This document shows positions 24,617-35,099 of a DNA stretch of 37,579 nt, piece after piece. Each line of letters opens with the position of its first letter. Position 1 is the stretch's first letter. The position numbers were made by a program, and so were the translations under genes. The stretch is taken from IMG/VR virus record IMGVR_UViG_3300044513_000293, positions 1 through 37,579 of that record. One strand, written 5' to 3'. The stretch is from a virus (taxonomy: Duplodnaviria; Caudoviricetes). The notes under the pieces were generated by a model. The model was not told the origin of the DNA and made no database searches. It saw nothing but the letters and a program-made list of their open reading frames with translations.

Positions 24617-26035
24617 TCACATGAGGTTCTTGACAGAAACTCTTCTGTAGTAGCGGTTAGTACCCGCTGCAATAGCACCGTATGCCTGATTGGTTCCTTC
24701 AGCGAAGGGGTTGGCGACCATGCCGTAGCGGGTCTTAAAGCCAATCTTGGGCTGGAAGGTGTTCTCTCCAACGGCACGAACCATCTGGAGGGGAACATAG
24801 GGGCAGTAGAAGAGACCAGCGTCATAGGGGCTGGAACCCTTGTATCCAACGCAGTAGTACTGCAGGGCAGCACTGTTGCTGGCGAAGGGATCGATATAAA
24901 CGCGATACTTACCGTTGATAGTACCAGCAAAGGTGTTGCCAGTGTCGTCAACGTTCAGGTTTGCATTCAGAGCAGGGGTGTAATCAAGTACACCAGCCAT
25001 GGTCAGAGCAGAAGCAACGTCAGCCGAAGTCAGGATGATGTTACCCTTCCCTCTACGAGTTCTCTGGGCGATAGCGTTCGCATCTCTTTCGATTTGGAAC
25101 AGCAGACCCTTGAACTTCTCAACGCTCCAGCGACCGTTGGAGTCGATGTCGAGGTCAAATTGACCAGCAGTAGCGACGTTGGTTTGAGCGCCAGCTTCAG
25201 CAACCTTATAGATGGTTCTGATGACTTCTCTGTTGATCTCAGCCAGAATCTCAGTCGAGAGAATGTTGGCGAGTTCAGCTTCAGCGTTCAGACCGTGGAT
25301 TGCCTTAAGGTCTTGGGCAAGTTCCAAGGAGTATTCTGCCTTCAGAGCACGGCTCTTAGCAGTAACGGTGACCTTCTCGATCGAGAATGCCATCTTGTTG
25401 AACTCGTCGCCGCTCTCACCGAGGGTCTCAGAGTTCAGGGTGCTCATACCTTGACCAACGCTGTAGTCGCCAGGACCAGCATTAGGATCAAGAACGCCAG
25501 GGTTGGAACCACGCTGAAGGGTTGTACCGAAACCAACAGTGCCGTCACTGTCAGTACCACCAGTGTAGTCGCCTTGGTTTGCGTCGTAGCCTTCGCGCTG
25601 AGCGGAGAATGCCGAATCGGGCTCGTTGAAGAGGGCCTCGGTTCCGTTCATGTTCTCATAGCGAGAACGCATTGCGAAGATCAGTCCAGTAGGACCGCTC
25701 ATGGGTTGAACGCCAGCCAGGTCATAAGCGACCAAGTTGGGCATAGAGCGACGGATCAGGCTGATCAGAACGGGGTCGAAACCACCAGTGGGGTTGCCAC
25801 TGTCAGTACCGCCCGAACCACGGTAGTATGCACCACCACCAGCAGAGAAAGACTGGGTGGGGGCTTCCATCAGGTTGTGACCCTGATTAAATGCTTGCTC
25901 CTCAGAGAGGAACTTTTCTTGGTTTTCCAAGAGAGCGGCAGTTACTGCACGACGATGGGGATCCTTGATAGGATCGCATCCATTGTAATCCAGAAGGGGA
26001 GCCCACTTCTCTTGAAGCTGTTGTGAGTTAAACAT
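24617..26035 (-). CDS. gp23: Major capsid protein (T4 gp23)
   Basis: KWAPLL, GVQPMSGPTGLIFAMR, SRALKAEYSLELAQDLKAIHG, YCPYVPL, GFKTRYG. Confidence 0.99.
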   Translation of the reverse strand: MFNSQQLQEKWAPLLDYNGCDPIKDPHRRAVTAALLENQEKFLSEEQAFNQGHNLMEAPTQSFSAGGGAYYRGSGGTDSGNPTGGFDPVLISLIRRSMPNLVAYDLAGVQPMSGPTGLIFAMRSRYENMNGTEALFNEPDSAFSAQREGYDANQGDYTGGTDSDGTVGFGTTLQRGSNPGVLDPNAGPGDYSVGQGMSTLNSETLGESGDEFNKMAFSIEKVTVTAKSRALKAEYSLELAQDLKAIHGLNAEAELANILSTEILAEINREVIRTIYKVAEAGAQTNVATAGQFDLDIDSNGRWSVEKFKGLLFQIERDANAIAQRTRRGKGNIILTSADVASALTMAGVLDYTPALNANLNVDDTGNTFAGTINGKYRVYIDPFASNSAALQYYCVGYKGSSPYDAGLFYCPYVPLQMVRAVGENTFQPKIGFKTRYGMVANPFAEGTNQAYGAIAAGTNRYYRRVSVKNLM

Positions 26036-26082
26036 GCTTCGTTTACCTGTGATTGTTTGAGTTTACTAAAGGGGTTGCGAGA

Positions 26083-27138
26083 TTACTTATTGCCGAGAGC
26101 GCGGAGGTATGCGTTCATGCGTCCAGTAGGAGCAGCAGGAACGGTTTCCATGCCTTCAGTCAATGTCTCGGTTGCTTCTTGCTTGGCAGCCTTCTCGGTG
26201 GAGAAATACGATTCTCTCAGGTTTGCCAGTTTCTCGCGATAGGATTCTTCACTCTCAAACTCAACACTTTCTGCAAGAGATGCGAGTTTCTCCTTCTGAG
26301 TTACAGCAAGTCCTTCCGATACGTCCTTAAGGATGTGATCAGCGACGGACTCACCGAGCCTCGTATTCAGAGAAATATTCTTCTCAATTTGCTCGTTGAG
26401 TTTTGCCTCCATGTCATCAAGTTTGTCTACCATCATTTCGACAACATCATATTTATCGTCAGGGATATTCACATAATGATCTTCAAAGAGACCTCTCATT
26501 CCTTGGAGGAACGATTCGGTCATTTCTGTTTTGAGACCGTGCTCGATCTGCAGTTCGTTTTCCTTGATCCACTCTTCGGAAACGTACTCCAGGTAAGCAT
26601 CGACGCGAGTGACCAATTCTTCCTTGATCTCTTCAACTTCTTCGACAATGCGTGCAGCATATGCTTCTTCCAGTTGCTCACGAACTTCGGAAACTTTAGC
26701 CTTTACGGTTGCCTCAAAGATGACTTTCGCTTTCTCTTGGAAATCTTCAGAGAGATCTTCTCCAGAGAAAAGAGCGGCAACATCTTCTTCGATGTTAACC
26801 TCTTCTTCGGTTACAGTCTCTTCGATGGTAGATTCATCCACGATTTCTTCTTTGGTTTCTACTTCTTCGCCGTAGCTATTTTTCTTAGAAGCGTCCATAC
26901 CTTCCGCTGCTTTTGCTTTGGTATTAACTACATTACGGACGTGCGAAAGAGAAGGCTCTTTCAGTTTAGCCGAGTCATCGTCGGGCTTGTAGTTATCAGG
27001 AGTGGGGCCACCGAGGTCATCTACTTGGGCATGTCCAGGGACATAACCAGTCTTAGTAGAAGAGTCCATCGATTCGCCAGCTTTCGCTCCCCTGGTTACA
27101 GGGTTCTCCATTTCTTGTAAGTTTTTTCCAGCGGACAT
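26083..27138 (-). CDS. gp22: Prohead core scaffold protein (T4 gp22)
   Basis: Acidic coiled coil, IFEA.V, YLEYVSEEW; between gp21 and gp23. Confidence 0.93.
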   Translation of the reverse strand: MSAGKNLQEMENPVTRGAKAGESMDSSTKTGYVPGHAQVDDLGGPTPDNYKPDDDSAKLKEPSLSHVRNVVNTKAKAAEGMDASKKNSYGEEVETKEEIVDESTIEETVTEEEVNIEEDVAALFSGEDLSEDFQEKAKVIFEATVKAKVSEVREQLEEAYAARIVEEVEEIKEELVTRVDAYLEYVSEEWIKENELQIEHGLKTEMTESFLQGMRGLFEDHYVNIPDDKYDVVEMMVDKLDDMEAKLNEQIEKNISLNTRLGESVADHILKDVSEGLAVTQKEKLASLAESVEFESEESYREKLANLRESYFSTEKAAKQEATETLTEGMETVPAAPTGRMNAYLRALGNK

Positions 27139-27181
27139 TGTTAACTTCTCCGAAAAAATCGTGTTAAATTTAACCTAAATG

Positions 27182-27189
27182 TATTTATA
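27182..27189 (-). promoter_or_regulatory. T4-type late promoter for gp22/gp23
   Basis: Exact TATAAATA in the intergenic gap. Confidence 0.85.
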
Positions 27190-27191
27190 AA

Positions 27192-27842
27192 TTACAAGTT
27201 TGCCAAGAAATCTTGGAAGAGGTTAAGTTTGTTCTCTTCGAGTTTCTTAGTATCAACTAATGTATTGATTTGTTTGTATGTTTTCTCTGCATATTTTTCG
27301 CGGAGAATTCCACCATCCCAAACCCAGTCTTTTCCTTCCATGATGCCATTGACAAAAGCATCAGGTGCAGAAGGATCTGCTACAATATCAGCAGCAGTTG
27401 CAAGCATGAAGTCATCATTGACCATGTTGTATCCTTCTCTAGTTGGAGAAAGAGTTCCAATACCACGAGAAGAAACACCAAGTTTTACTCCTTCACTTAG
27501 AAGAGACTCGGCAATTTTGCCCATGGGGGTGGAAAGAATTTTAGCCTTTCCGATAAAGTTATTACCCTCTCTTTGCAGAGAAATAATTTTGTGGGAAACT
27601 CTATCGAGGTTTACGGTAGGACCATCAGGGTGACCGAGTTCGCCAAGAGCTCGACCTTTGTCAACAAAGGTTTCATTGTATCTCTTAACTTCTCTTTCCA
27701 TGAGTTCCATGGAATAGACGCGACGGTTTCTGTTAGGTTGTTCTGTTTGAAGGAAAATGCCTTCAATGTACAGATTCTTTTTGCCGTTTCTTTCTTCAAC
27801 GACAATTTCAACCTGTTCGATTTCTTCCCTGATGAGTTTCAT
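27192..27842 (-). CDS. gp21: Prohead protease (T4 gp21)
   Basis: ALGELGHP, GVSSRG, DIVADPSAPDAFV. Confidence 0.97.
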   Translation of the reverse strand: MKLIREEIEQVEIVVEERNGKKNLYIEGIFLQTEQPNRNRRVYSMELMEREVKRYNETFVDKGRALGELGHPDGPTVNLDRVSHKIISLQREGNNFIGKAKILSTPMGKIAESLLSEGVKLGVSSRGIGTLSPTREGYNMVNDDFMLATAADIVADPSAPDAFVNGIMEGKDWVWDGGILREKYAEKTYKQINTLVDTKKLEENKLNLFQDFLANL

Positions 27843-27846
27843 TTTC

Positions 27847-28113
27847 TTAAACGGTAAATCCTACTTTTGCACCAAGAACTAATGCGTTGGCAGCGAGAAG
27901 AAGATCGCTATGGTTCTTCTCAATAAATTCTGTTGCTCCAGCTGCCAAAGTCATAGATCCGATTCCTTGATAATCTGAATCTAATAGAGTAATAAGGTGA
28001 GCGCCAGTATCAGAATTGTACAAACGAACAACAGTTGCTTGACTAAAACTAGATGCAGTTCCAACAGTTGTTGGTAGAGCAGCTTGTGCTCCAAGAAGCA
28101 AAGTTCGTGACAT
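27847..28113 (-). CDS. Small hypothetical protein in the head cluster (88 aa)
   Basis: Beta-rich-looking ORF between the acidic core gene and gp21; start overlaps the upstream stop. Confidence 0.75.
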   Translation of the reverse strand: MSRTLLLGAQAALPTTVGTASSFSQATVVRLYNSDTGAHLITLLDSDYQGIGSMTLAAGATEFIEKNHSDLLLAANALVLGAKVGFTV

Positions 28114-28352
28114 TATTCTTGATCCTCTTGTTGGTCTTCATCATACTCCTCTTCGGAGTCATACTCTTCATCTTCCTCATCTTCTTGATCTGGGTCGCCA
28201 AAAAGACTTGTGGCAACAGTTCCTCTCACGTCATCGATTCTTCCAGACGACTTTGCAAAAAGAACATCTTTGATAGCATCGCTGACTTCGGATGCAGATC
28301 GATCATCAATGATCGCATCAATAATTTCAGAAGGAGTCATGTTAATTTTCAA
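28113..28352 (-). CDS. Acidic prohead core protein (gp67-like position)
   Basis: D/E-rich tail; follows the portal gene; TAAATA at 28370-28365. True start may be ATG at 28340. Confidence 0.7.
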   Translation of the reverse strand: MKINMTPSEIIDAIIDDRSASEVSDAIKDVLFAKSSGRIDDVRGTVATSLFGDPDQEDEEDEEYDSEEEYDEDQQEDQE

Positions 28353-28377
28353 ACCTGTATAATCTATTTATCAGTGA

Positions 28378-30033
28378 TTAGATCTCGCCGCCGGTTGGGG
28401 CCTCGGTTTCTTGAGCAGGAACTTCTTCATCTTGAGGAACATCACCTAAATTTGTAGGTTGTCCATCTGCACCGATACCTTCAAGTTCTGCAGGATCGGG
28501 AAGAATACCCTTCTCAATTTCATCCTCAATCTGAGCATCAATCTCAATGATTTCTTCATCAGTTTGTCTGAGAATATTTCTACGAACGTACTCTACGGAA
28601 TAGTATTTTCCAAGATAAGGTTCTACTTGGGAAACAACACCGAGACGGCTGTTCATCAGTTCGGCATCTTTCAACTCATCAAATTGATTGTCGTAAATGT
28701 AATCAAATTGAATGTGCTCCTTCATCATATCCCAATCTTCGGGAGTGATGACGTTCTTGAGAAGCAGTTGAGTTCTGAGAAGATCTAAAAAGATATTGCT
28801 GAAACGCTTGCGGAGACGGCCGACAAACTTGGAAAACTTAAGTTCGTCTCTCAAAATCTCGGAAGAACGTCCAAGATTAAAACCACCATCAGCAGCAATT
28901 CTTGATTCGGGAACTTGAAGAGATCTGTAAAGTTTCTTTTGGAAATACTCTACGTCGGAAAGTTCACCGAGGTTTTGTCCGCCAGGCAAAGTGGTGATTT
29001 CAGTACCACGTCCACCTTCTCTTCTGGGAAGCCAGAAGTCTTCCAACATGGACATGTACTTGCGATCATCACGAATCTCTCCAGTTCCAGCATCGTAAAC
29101 CAACTTGTTACGATACCTGTTCATCACATCTTTGAGGTATTGCTCAGCCTTAACTTTGGGCAGGTTACCTACATCGATATAGAAGATTCTTCTTTCAGGA
29201 GCACGAGACAATCTGTAAATAACCAGAGAGTCTTCAATCATTCGGAGTTGATTGAGAGACTTGATTGCCTTGTGTAGATAAGAAAGAACAATAGATTTGT
29301 TTCTATCGACTAAACCAGAGGTGGCATATGTGATAGAATCTTTCGAGAATCTAATTCCTTTTGCATCACCACCACCAGTAATTTGTGTGGGATACATGCT
29401 TCTAGGAGTATACACGAAATACTCCTCAATCTCAGGAGACACGCCTCTAGAGATTTGATCTACTGGATCAATGCGATTGTTTAAACCACTTGACTTAATG
29501 GCTCTTTGTTCTTCAGACAATTTCTTTTCTTGTCTGACATAACGCATCTTGAGAGCATCGATAAATCTAATCTCCTGAAGGCCTTCTTCTGGATTTTTCG
29601 TATCGATGATTTTATGGTAATAGATTCTTCCATCTACATACCAGTTTCTAAAAATCTCGTGAGACTTGGAATCAAAGTCTAGAAGATCTTTGATGTACTT
29701 AAACTCTTTGCGAATGATCTTTTTTACATCTTCGCTAGCGTTAAGATTTTGTAGATCGACAGTAACCGGAGAATCATTCAAATCAGAGACGATAGCCTCA
29801 TTGACAATATCTTCAATAGCACTGTCCGCTTCTGGGTGCAGCGCCATCTCACGATAACGTCTGATTAAATCAGCTTCAGTTTTATAGACACCTTCGATGT
29901 CAACATATTGACCATAAAACCCACTAGACAAATAATAGTCAACCCCATCCTCATCACTTTGAGGAATAGGGCTGACTACGCCTTTGGGTTTCTTATCGGT
30001 GTCTTCAATTGAGAAGCCAAATAGCTTGGGCAT
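28378..30033 (-). CDS. gp20: Portal protein (T4 gp20)
   Basis: LFGFSI, WYVDGR, RAPERRIFYIDVGNLP, EDFWLPRREGGRGTEI; TAAATA at 30064-30059. Confidence 0.98.
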   Translation of the reverse strand: MPKLFGFSIEDTDKKPKGVVSPIPQSDEDGVDYYLSSGFYGQYVDIEGVYKTEADLIRRYREMALHPEADSAIEDIVNEAIVSDLNDSPVTVDLQNLNASEDVKKIIRKEFKYIKDLLDFDSKSHEIFRNWYVDGRIYYHKIIDTKNPEEGLQEIRFIDALKMRYVRQEKKLSEEQRAIKSSGLNNRIDPVDQISRGVSPEIEEYFVYTPRSMYPTQITGGGDAKGIRFSKDSITYATSGLVDRNKSIVLSYLHKAIKSLNQLRMIEDSLVIYRLSRAPERRIFYIDVGNLPKVKAEQYLKDVMNRYRNKLVYDAGTGEIRDDRKYMSMLEDFWLPRREGGRGTEITTLPGGQNLGELSDVEYFQKKLYRSLQVPESRIAADGGFNLGRSSEILRDELKFSKFVGRLRKRFSNIFLDLLRTQLLLKNVITPEDWDMMKEHIQFDYIYDNQFDELKDAELMNSRLGVVSQVEPYLGKYYSVEYVRRNILRQTDEEIIEIDAQIEDEIEKGILPDPAELEGIGADGQPTNLGDVPQDEEVPAQETEAPTGGEI

Positions 30034-30071
30034 TATCTAATTCCGATTTCTACCTTTCTATTTATGCTGCC

Positions 30072-30650
30072 TCAACCAGTGATGTCTCCACCGTTTCCGT
30101 ATGCTTCCCAGTACTGGACTTGGAGTTCAACAGTGAACTCTTCCAGAGTATCGGAAGAATCATACGAAAGTTCGATCTGAGAAACGTTGGTTGGGAACAC
30201 ATCATAGAAACGATATGTTCTGATTGTTTCTCCTTCACGGTTCAGTTGGAATACATAAGCATCCGACTTATAGTTGAGAGGATTGCTTTCGCCAGTGGCA
30301 TCTGCTACGTTGTTGATAGCATTCATCCACTTTTCAAATGCACCTCTGATAGCAAAGTCGGTATCGTTGATGACGGTTACCGTCCAGGTATCGAAGGTTC
30401 TGTCTCCAGCGATCTTAAGGATTCTTCCTCTAAAAGGAACATCGATAGGAGCGACGTTGGAAGCAGGCAGCGCAGCTGCCTTTACCAAGAATCTTGCCTT
30501 ATCAAGAACGTTGTTGTCTGCAGGGGCAATACCAGGAAACGCTAATGCTACTTCAAATAGATTAGGTCTGGCACCGCCACCAGTCAGCTTGCTCTTGAAA
30601 TCACTGATCTTCCTTAAAGCCGGAGGGTTGAGTTGTTGTCTACTTGCCAT
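30072..30650 (-). CDS. gp19: Tail tube protein (T4 gp19)
   Basis: GGARPNLF, AGDRTFDTWTVTVIND, EEFTV; TAAATA at 30680-30675. Confidence 0.96.
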   Translation of the reverse strand: MASRQQLNPPALRKISDFKSKLTGGGARPNLFEVALAFPGIAPADNNVLDKARFLVKAAALPASNVAPIDVPFRGRILKIAGDRTFDTWTVTVINDTDFAIRGAFEKWMNAINNVADATGESNPLNYKSDAYVFQLNREGETIRTYRFYDVFPTNVSQIELSYDSSDTLEEFTVELQVQYWEAYGNGGDITG

Positions 30651-30685
30651 TGTGGGACCTCTAGTCTTTTTTGATATTTAAGGAA

Positions 30686-33133
30686 TTAAACGTTTCCGAT
30701 GACTTCTTCAAAGTCAACTCCGCTGCGAGTAGCAACGAATGTCAGACCGATGAAGTTGATCGAGCGAGCGGGTTTGATGTAGATATCAGCCACAAACTCG
30801 TTATTATCAATTACAGCAGCGGTGTTGTTTGTCTCGTCGCAGATGACGACGAAATCTGTGATACCACGCTTGGATTGAACATCTCTCAGGAAAGGTTCAA
30901 CCGTGTTGACAAAGTTGCTTCTTGTGATCTCATCGTTGAACTCAAAGAGTTGATCCTTGGCCGCAGCAGAGATTGCCTTCTCAAGGAACAAGAACAAACG
31001 ACGAACGTTAATTCTGTCAAAGGCGGAAGATTTAGCAAGAGCAGTCTTGTCTCCGAAGAGGACAATACCAGATCCAGACTGGAAGATTACAGGGTTGATT
31101 CTGTTGCTGTAAAGAACATCTCTTTGTTGCTGGTTGGGGTTATAAGGAACCTTGACAGCATTCAGAATTGTTCCTCTCAGAGTTCCGGCAGGAGAGAACC
31201 AGGGGAAGTTGTTGATATCGTTTCTAGCGCAGATACCAGCAATGTCTCCGTTCAGAGGTACATATCTAAAGGTAGCATTGAAGCGATCATACATGTACTT
31301 ATAACCGCTGTCGAATACAGCATACGAAGAAGATGTCAGAGGACCGAAGAATCCAACAACATTGTTCGTGATGTCAGTATCAGAGTTTACGGTTACGGAA
31401 CCAGCAGCTGCATCGCTGATGATTGCTTGTCTGTAGGGCGAGATGAATGCCAGAGCATCCTTTCTTCTTTCAGCAACGTCGATTGCTTTCAGAGCAACTG
31501 CTTGTGCTTCGGCAAGACCGTAGTTTGCAGATCCCATCAAAACAAAGTCAACGGGATAGTTATCTGCGTTAGCGAATAACTCAAATCCTGCTCTGATGTT
31601 AGCGGCAGAAGCAGTCAAACCACCAGCGTTAGCAGCAGTGTTTGTTACTCCAGTTTTTGCTCCGTAGTTGATACCACCAACAAGTTGCATATTGGTATTA
31701 CCAATACCAGCGAAGATAATGCCTTGAGCATTTTGATCCCAAGCAGTATCTGTGGCAGCGGTCCATGCGGTGTAGGTGCTAAATCCAGTTGCTCTGGTTC
31801 CAGCAGGTTCACCACCAAGGTAGATGTACTCCGATTGAGCCTTGACATACTTTCTGTAGTAGGAAGCGTCCCCAACAGAGAATTCAGCGTCAGTGGCCTT
31901 GGAGAGTGCGAGATGCTTCTCAAGGATTGTTCCGACGTTACCAGAGATTTCTCCCTTATCGTCGATAACGATAACGTGAACTTCATCATTCAGAGCGGCT
32001 CTTACTTCGCCATATCCAGAAGTTCCAGGACGCTCAGCAACTTGATTCCAAGCAATTACGTTTCCGTTGGAAAGTGTGATTCCTTGATCGTCGAACCAGT
32101 CTCTAGGAGTTCCGTTTCTGAGGTTTCCTGCGAATGTGACAGCAGTTCCAGCAGCGATTGTTTCTGCGGTTGTAGATCCAGCACCGATGATGAACGATGT
32201 AACTCCACCACTATAGGTTACAGATCCAACCGAAACAGCAGTCAGAGCACTACCAACAGAAACAGAAGAACCAGCAGCAACAACTGCAGAAAGATCTCCA
32301 GTCAGAGTGAAGGTGGTTGCACCAGGGCTTGCTTCAGAAGAGAGGGCAGAAGTTCCGTTTGTCAGGAAGTCTGTTGCAGAACCGGTGCTTTGAATAATCT
32401 TAACACCCTCTACACCACCGCCACCAGCGACGAATCTGTAGACTCCGTTGGGGGTATAAGTTTTGTTTGTTACAACTCCAGCAGAAGAGACGTGTTGAGT
32501 TACCTTAACTTCAATAACGTTTCCTTCGCGGACTTCTGTAACAATACCCTTCAGGTGACCGTCGAGAAGAGCAGTTCCTCCAATTCCAGGAATAACTGTT
32601 CCAGAAGGAATTGCCTGGGAGACACCCATACCAACGGTGATGAGCGATGTGGATACTCCAGAGAGGGAAATAATTTGATCGCTCTTACCGTCGATCAACG
32701 CAACTCTCAGACTGTTACCCCAAGAACCAGGGTCGCGACTTACAACATCATAATTTGTAATGGTGTTGTCATCATAACCAAGATCGCTATAATGTTCTGC
32801 GCTCTTGATCTTAGGACCAGTTCCCCAACCTACCGAACTGTAAAATGCGTTCTTAAGTTCGTCATCATCTGCTCTAACGACTCTAAGAGCACCGCCATAA
32901 GCGAGGTAAGAAGAACCTACGAGCCAAGTCTCATACTGTTTGTCGAGGTCATATGATTGACCAAAGTTGTCAAGCAGTTCTGCTTCGTTGGCAACTAAGG
33001 TTGGAAGTTCTACAGGTCCTCTAGCAAAAGGACCGACTAAAGCGCCTGTCTTGTCGGATGTGGAATCGATTCTTCCTAGAGTAAGATCTACTTCTCTTAC
33101 AACAAGGCCAGGAGATGCTAAGTTCAGTGGCAT
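30686..33133 (-). CDS. gp18: Contractile tail sheath protein (T4 gp18)
   Basis: SPGLVVREVD, PWFSPAG, FDRINVRRLF, PARSINFI; TAAATA at 33179-33174. Confidence 0.98.
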   Translation of the reverse strand: MPLNLASPGLVVREVDLTLGRIDSTSDKTGALVGPFARGPVELPTLVANEAELLDNFGQSYDLDKQYETWLVGSSYLAYGGALRVVRADDDELKNAFYSSVGWGTGPKIKSAEHYSDLGYDDNTITNYDVVSRDPGSWGNSLRVALIDGKSDQIISLSGVSTSLITVGMGVSQAIPSGTVIPGIGGTALLDGHLKGIVTEVREGNVIEVKVTQHVSSAGVVTNKTYTPNGVYRFVAGGGGVEGVKIIQSTGSATDFLTNGTSALSSEASPGATTFTLTGDLSAVVAAGSSVSVGSALTAVSVGSVTYSGGVTSFIIGAGSTTAETIAAGTAVTFAGNLRNGTPRDWFDDQGITLSNGNVIAWNQVAERPGTSGYGEVRAALNDEVHVIVIDDKGEISGNVGTILEKHLALSKATDAEFSVGDASYYRKYVKAQSEYIYLGGEPAGTRATGFSTYTAWTAATDTAWDQNAQGIIFAGIGNTNMQLVGGINYGAKTGVTNTAANAGGLTASAANIRAGFELFANADNYPVDFVLMGSANYGLAEAQAVALKAIDVAERRKDALAFISPYRQAIISDAAAGSVTVNSDTDITNNVVGFFGPLTSSSYAVFDSGYKYMYDRFNATFRYVPLNGDIAGICARNDINNFPWFSPAGTLRGTILNAVKVPYNPNQQQRDVLYSNRINPVIFQSGSGIVLFGDKTALAKSSAFDRINVRRLFLFLEKAISAAAKDQLFEFNDEITRSNFVNTVEPFLRDVQSKRGITDFVVICDETNNTAAVIDNNEFVADIYIKPARSINFIGLTFVATRSGVDFEEVIGNV

Positions 33134-33221
33134 CTTAATACTCCTCTTTGGGGGTCCAGAATAAGTCTGTAAGTATTTAGAATTTTGATCGCTTCAAGTG
33201 GGGAAACGATACATGAACAAA

Positions 33222-33452
33222 CTACCAGTCGGGATACTCCCATTTATCAAGAACTTTGGAAACCATTCTACTAGCAACAACTCTTTTTATAGTACACTCT
33301 TTACACTCGTATGAATATGCTGATGAAAAAGTGGCTCTATTTTTTCTTGTGAGATAAAAATCATCCATCAGACTTTTTTTGATCCCACAAGATCTACACG
33401 TCCTTTGCTGAAATAAAAGGTGCTCTAGGCCAAAATCCTCATCAAGACTCAT
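33222..33452 (-). CDS. Small zinc-finger-like protein
   Basis: CRSC...CKEC; ATG overlaps the gp17 stop. Confidence 0.75.
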   Translation of the reverse strand: MSLDEDFGLEHLLFQQRTCRSCGIKKSLMDDFYLTRKNRATFSSAYSYECKECTIKRVVASRMVSKVLDKWEYPDW

Positions 33453-35092
33453 TTATACTCCCACATAAATGCTCGATCACCATATTCATCCGTATACCAC
33501 CTGTCTCCATCAGAATCAACAAAACTGTAATCATCTAATCCATCGGCAACAAATCCAAATGGTGCCATGTCTTGTTCGATCTGATTCTTTTGTTCTTCAT
33601 AGATTTTTTTGCGGACATCTTGATCCGTCATTTCTTTGAAGTAATCTTGCGCTACTAACCATGCAAAGATTACCAAGCACATTGCAAGGTCATCATTACA
33701 ACCTTCTTCTGCTTCAAATGATTGCTTTCTTTGGACAAATGTTGTGAGTTCTGATATAATATCATAGTCTACGGTTAAGATCTTATGATCTTCAACTAGA
33801 GTCTTCAGGTTAGAGCAACCTAACTTCTTTACCGCAGAAGTCATTCTTACTCCCATCTGAGATTTTTTACCAGAAAAACCATGTCCTACTATTTGACCAG
33901 CACGACCCCTCATAGAAGCCATTAACATATTGTCGTACTCTAGGTCAAAGTGTAGAATATTGGCAACCTGTTCGCCAATATCATTTACTTCACATAAAAC
34001 CCAAGAACTATTATATTGGGATGCTACTTCTTGAATGATGCTAGGAAACAGCATCGGTTTAATCTCGTTGTTTCTATATTTCGCTACAACTTTATAAGGA
34101 AACTCTGTGATATCAAATACTAGGAAAGCTGAGTAGTCATTACCAATACCTCTGGCAACGTCAACTGTCATCAAATAATTATGTTCTTCTCTAGGTCTCT
34201 CAAAGATATCCAGTCCAGCATTTGATTGGATGGCATCTTCATAGACCATCGTCTTCAAAATTGCTGGAGCAATCAAAGTATCGACAGATCCTAAGAACTC
34301 ACACTCAAACTCAACACGGAACTGTGACTCTGAAGTGTTTCTAATTGTTTGTTCTTTCCACGCCTCATCACGGCCTGGAACTTCAGACCAGTGAACCTCT
34401 GTAGGAACATATTCATTCCTTTTTCTTTCTGCATCATGCCAATAACGGTAGAAGTGATTCATACCGTGTGGCGTAGACACCATAATTACTTTGGTGTTTT
34501 GTCCAGACGAGATAGTAGGATAAACAGAGGCAAAGAATTGGTCAGCAATGTGATTCGGGATAAACGCGAACTCGTCAAGAAAGATGATATTATAGGAGCC
34601 GCCACGGACAGCAGATGCAGACGTAGATGCGGCGAGAATCTTTGATCCATTTTCGAGTTCAACACTGCCCTTGTTCCATACAATGATACCCTGTTGCATC
34701 CACTTGGGCAAGTTCTCGTAAGCAAGTTGTAACCTTCCAAGAAGGTCTCTTGCAGTTGATGCTTTGTTTGCTAGAATGGCAATATTGACATTATCATTGA
34801 AAATCGCATAATGTAAAAGATACGATACGCACGTTGTAGACTTACCAGTCTGTCGTGGCATCTTGCAAATATTAAATCTGTGTTTATGGAAGTTCCGAAT
34901 CAAATTTTCTTGAAACGGATACATCTTAAAAGGAACCAGACCCTCATCCAGAGAAACAATTTGAATGTGGTTTCTTGCAAAATATACGGGGTCTTCTTTA
35001 CACTTGATAAACTCCTCAATCTGTTCGGGAGTAAATTCAATTTTTGTGTGAGCCTTTTTTAGATTAGGATTACCTAAGTAGATGTCTTCCAT
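33449..35092 (-). CDS. gp17: Terminase large subunit (T4 gp17)
   Basis: YLGNPNLK, PRQTGKST, FLDEFAF, STPHG, nuclease DVARG and DDLAM. Confidence 0.98.
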   Translation of the reverse strand: MEDIYLGNPNLKKAHTKIEFTPEQIEEFIKCKEDPVYFARNHIQIVSLDEGLVPFKMYPFQENLIRNFHKHRFNICKMPRQTGKSTTCVSYLLHYAIFNDNVNIAILANKASTARDLLGRLQLAYENLPKWMQQGIIVWNKGSVELENGSKILAASTSASAVRGGSYNIIFLDEFAFIPNHIADQFFASVYPTISSGQNTKVIMVSTPHGMNHFYRYWHDAERKRNEYVPTEVHWSEVPGRDEAWKEQTIRNTSESQFRVEFECEFLGSVDTLIAPAILKTMVYEDAIQSNAGLDIFERPREEHNYLMTVDVARGIGNDYSAFLVFDITEFPYKVVAKYRNNEIKPMLFPSIIQEVASQYNSSWVLCEVNDIGEQVANILHFDLEYDNMLMASMRGRAGQIVGHGFSGKKSQMGVRMTSAVKKLGCSNLKTLVEDHKILTVDYDIISELTTFVQRKQSFEAEEGCNDDLAMCLVIFAWLVAQDYFKEMTDQDVRKKIYEEQKNQIEQDMAPFGFVADGLDDYSFVDSDGDRWYTDEYGDRAFMWEYK

Positions 35093-35099
35093 TTTAAAT

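Noticed and set aside
25094-27120. Long plus-strand ORFs (310 and 355 aa) opposite gp23 and gp22
   Set aside because: Antisense shadows of strongly codon-biased structural genes; no recognisable motifs or expression signals.
30671-32956. Long plus-strand ORFs (302 and 423 aa) opposite gp18
   Set aside because: Same shadow effect; the Ser/Cys/Arg-rich composition mirrors the Ala/Thr/Gly codons of gp18.
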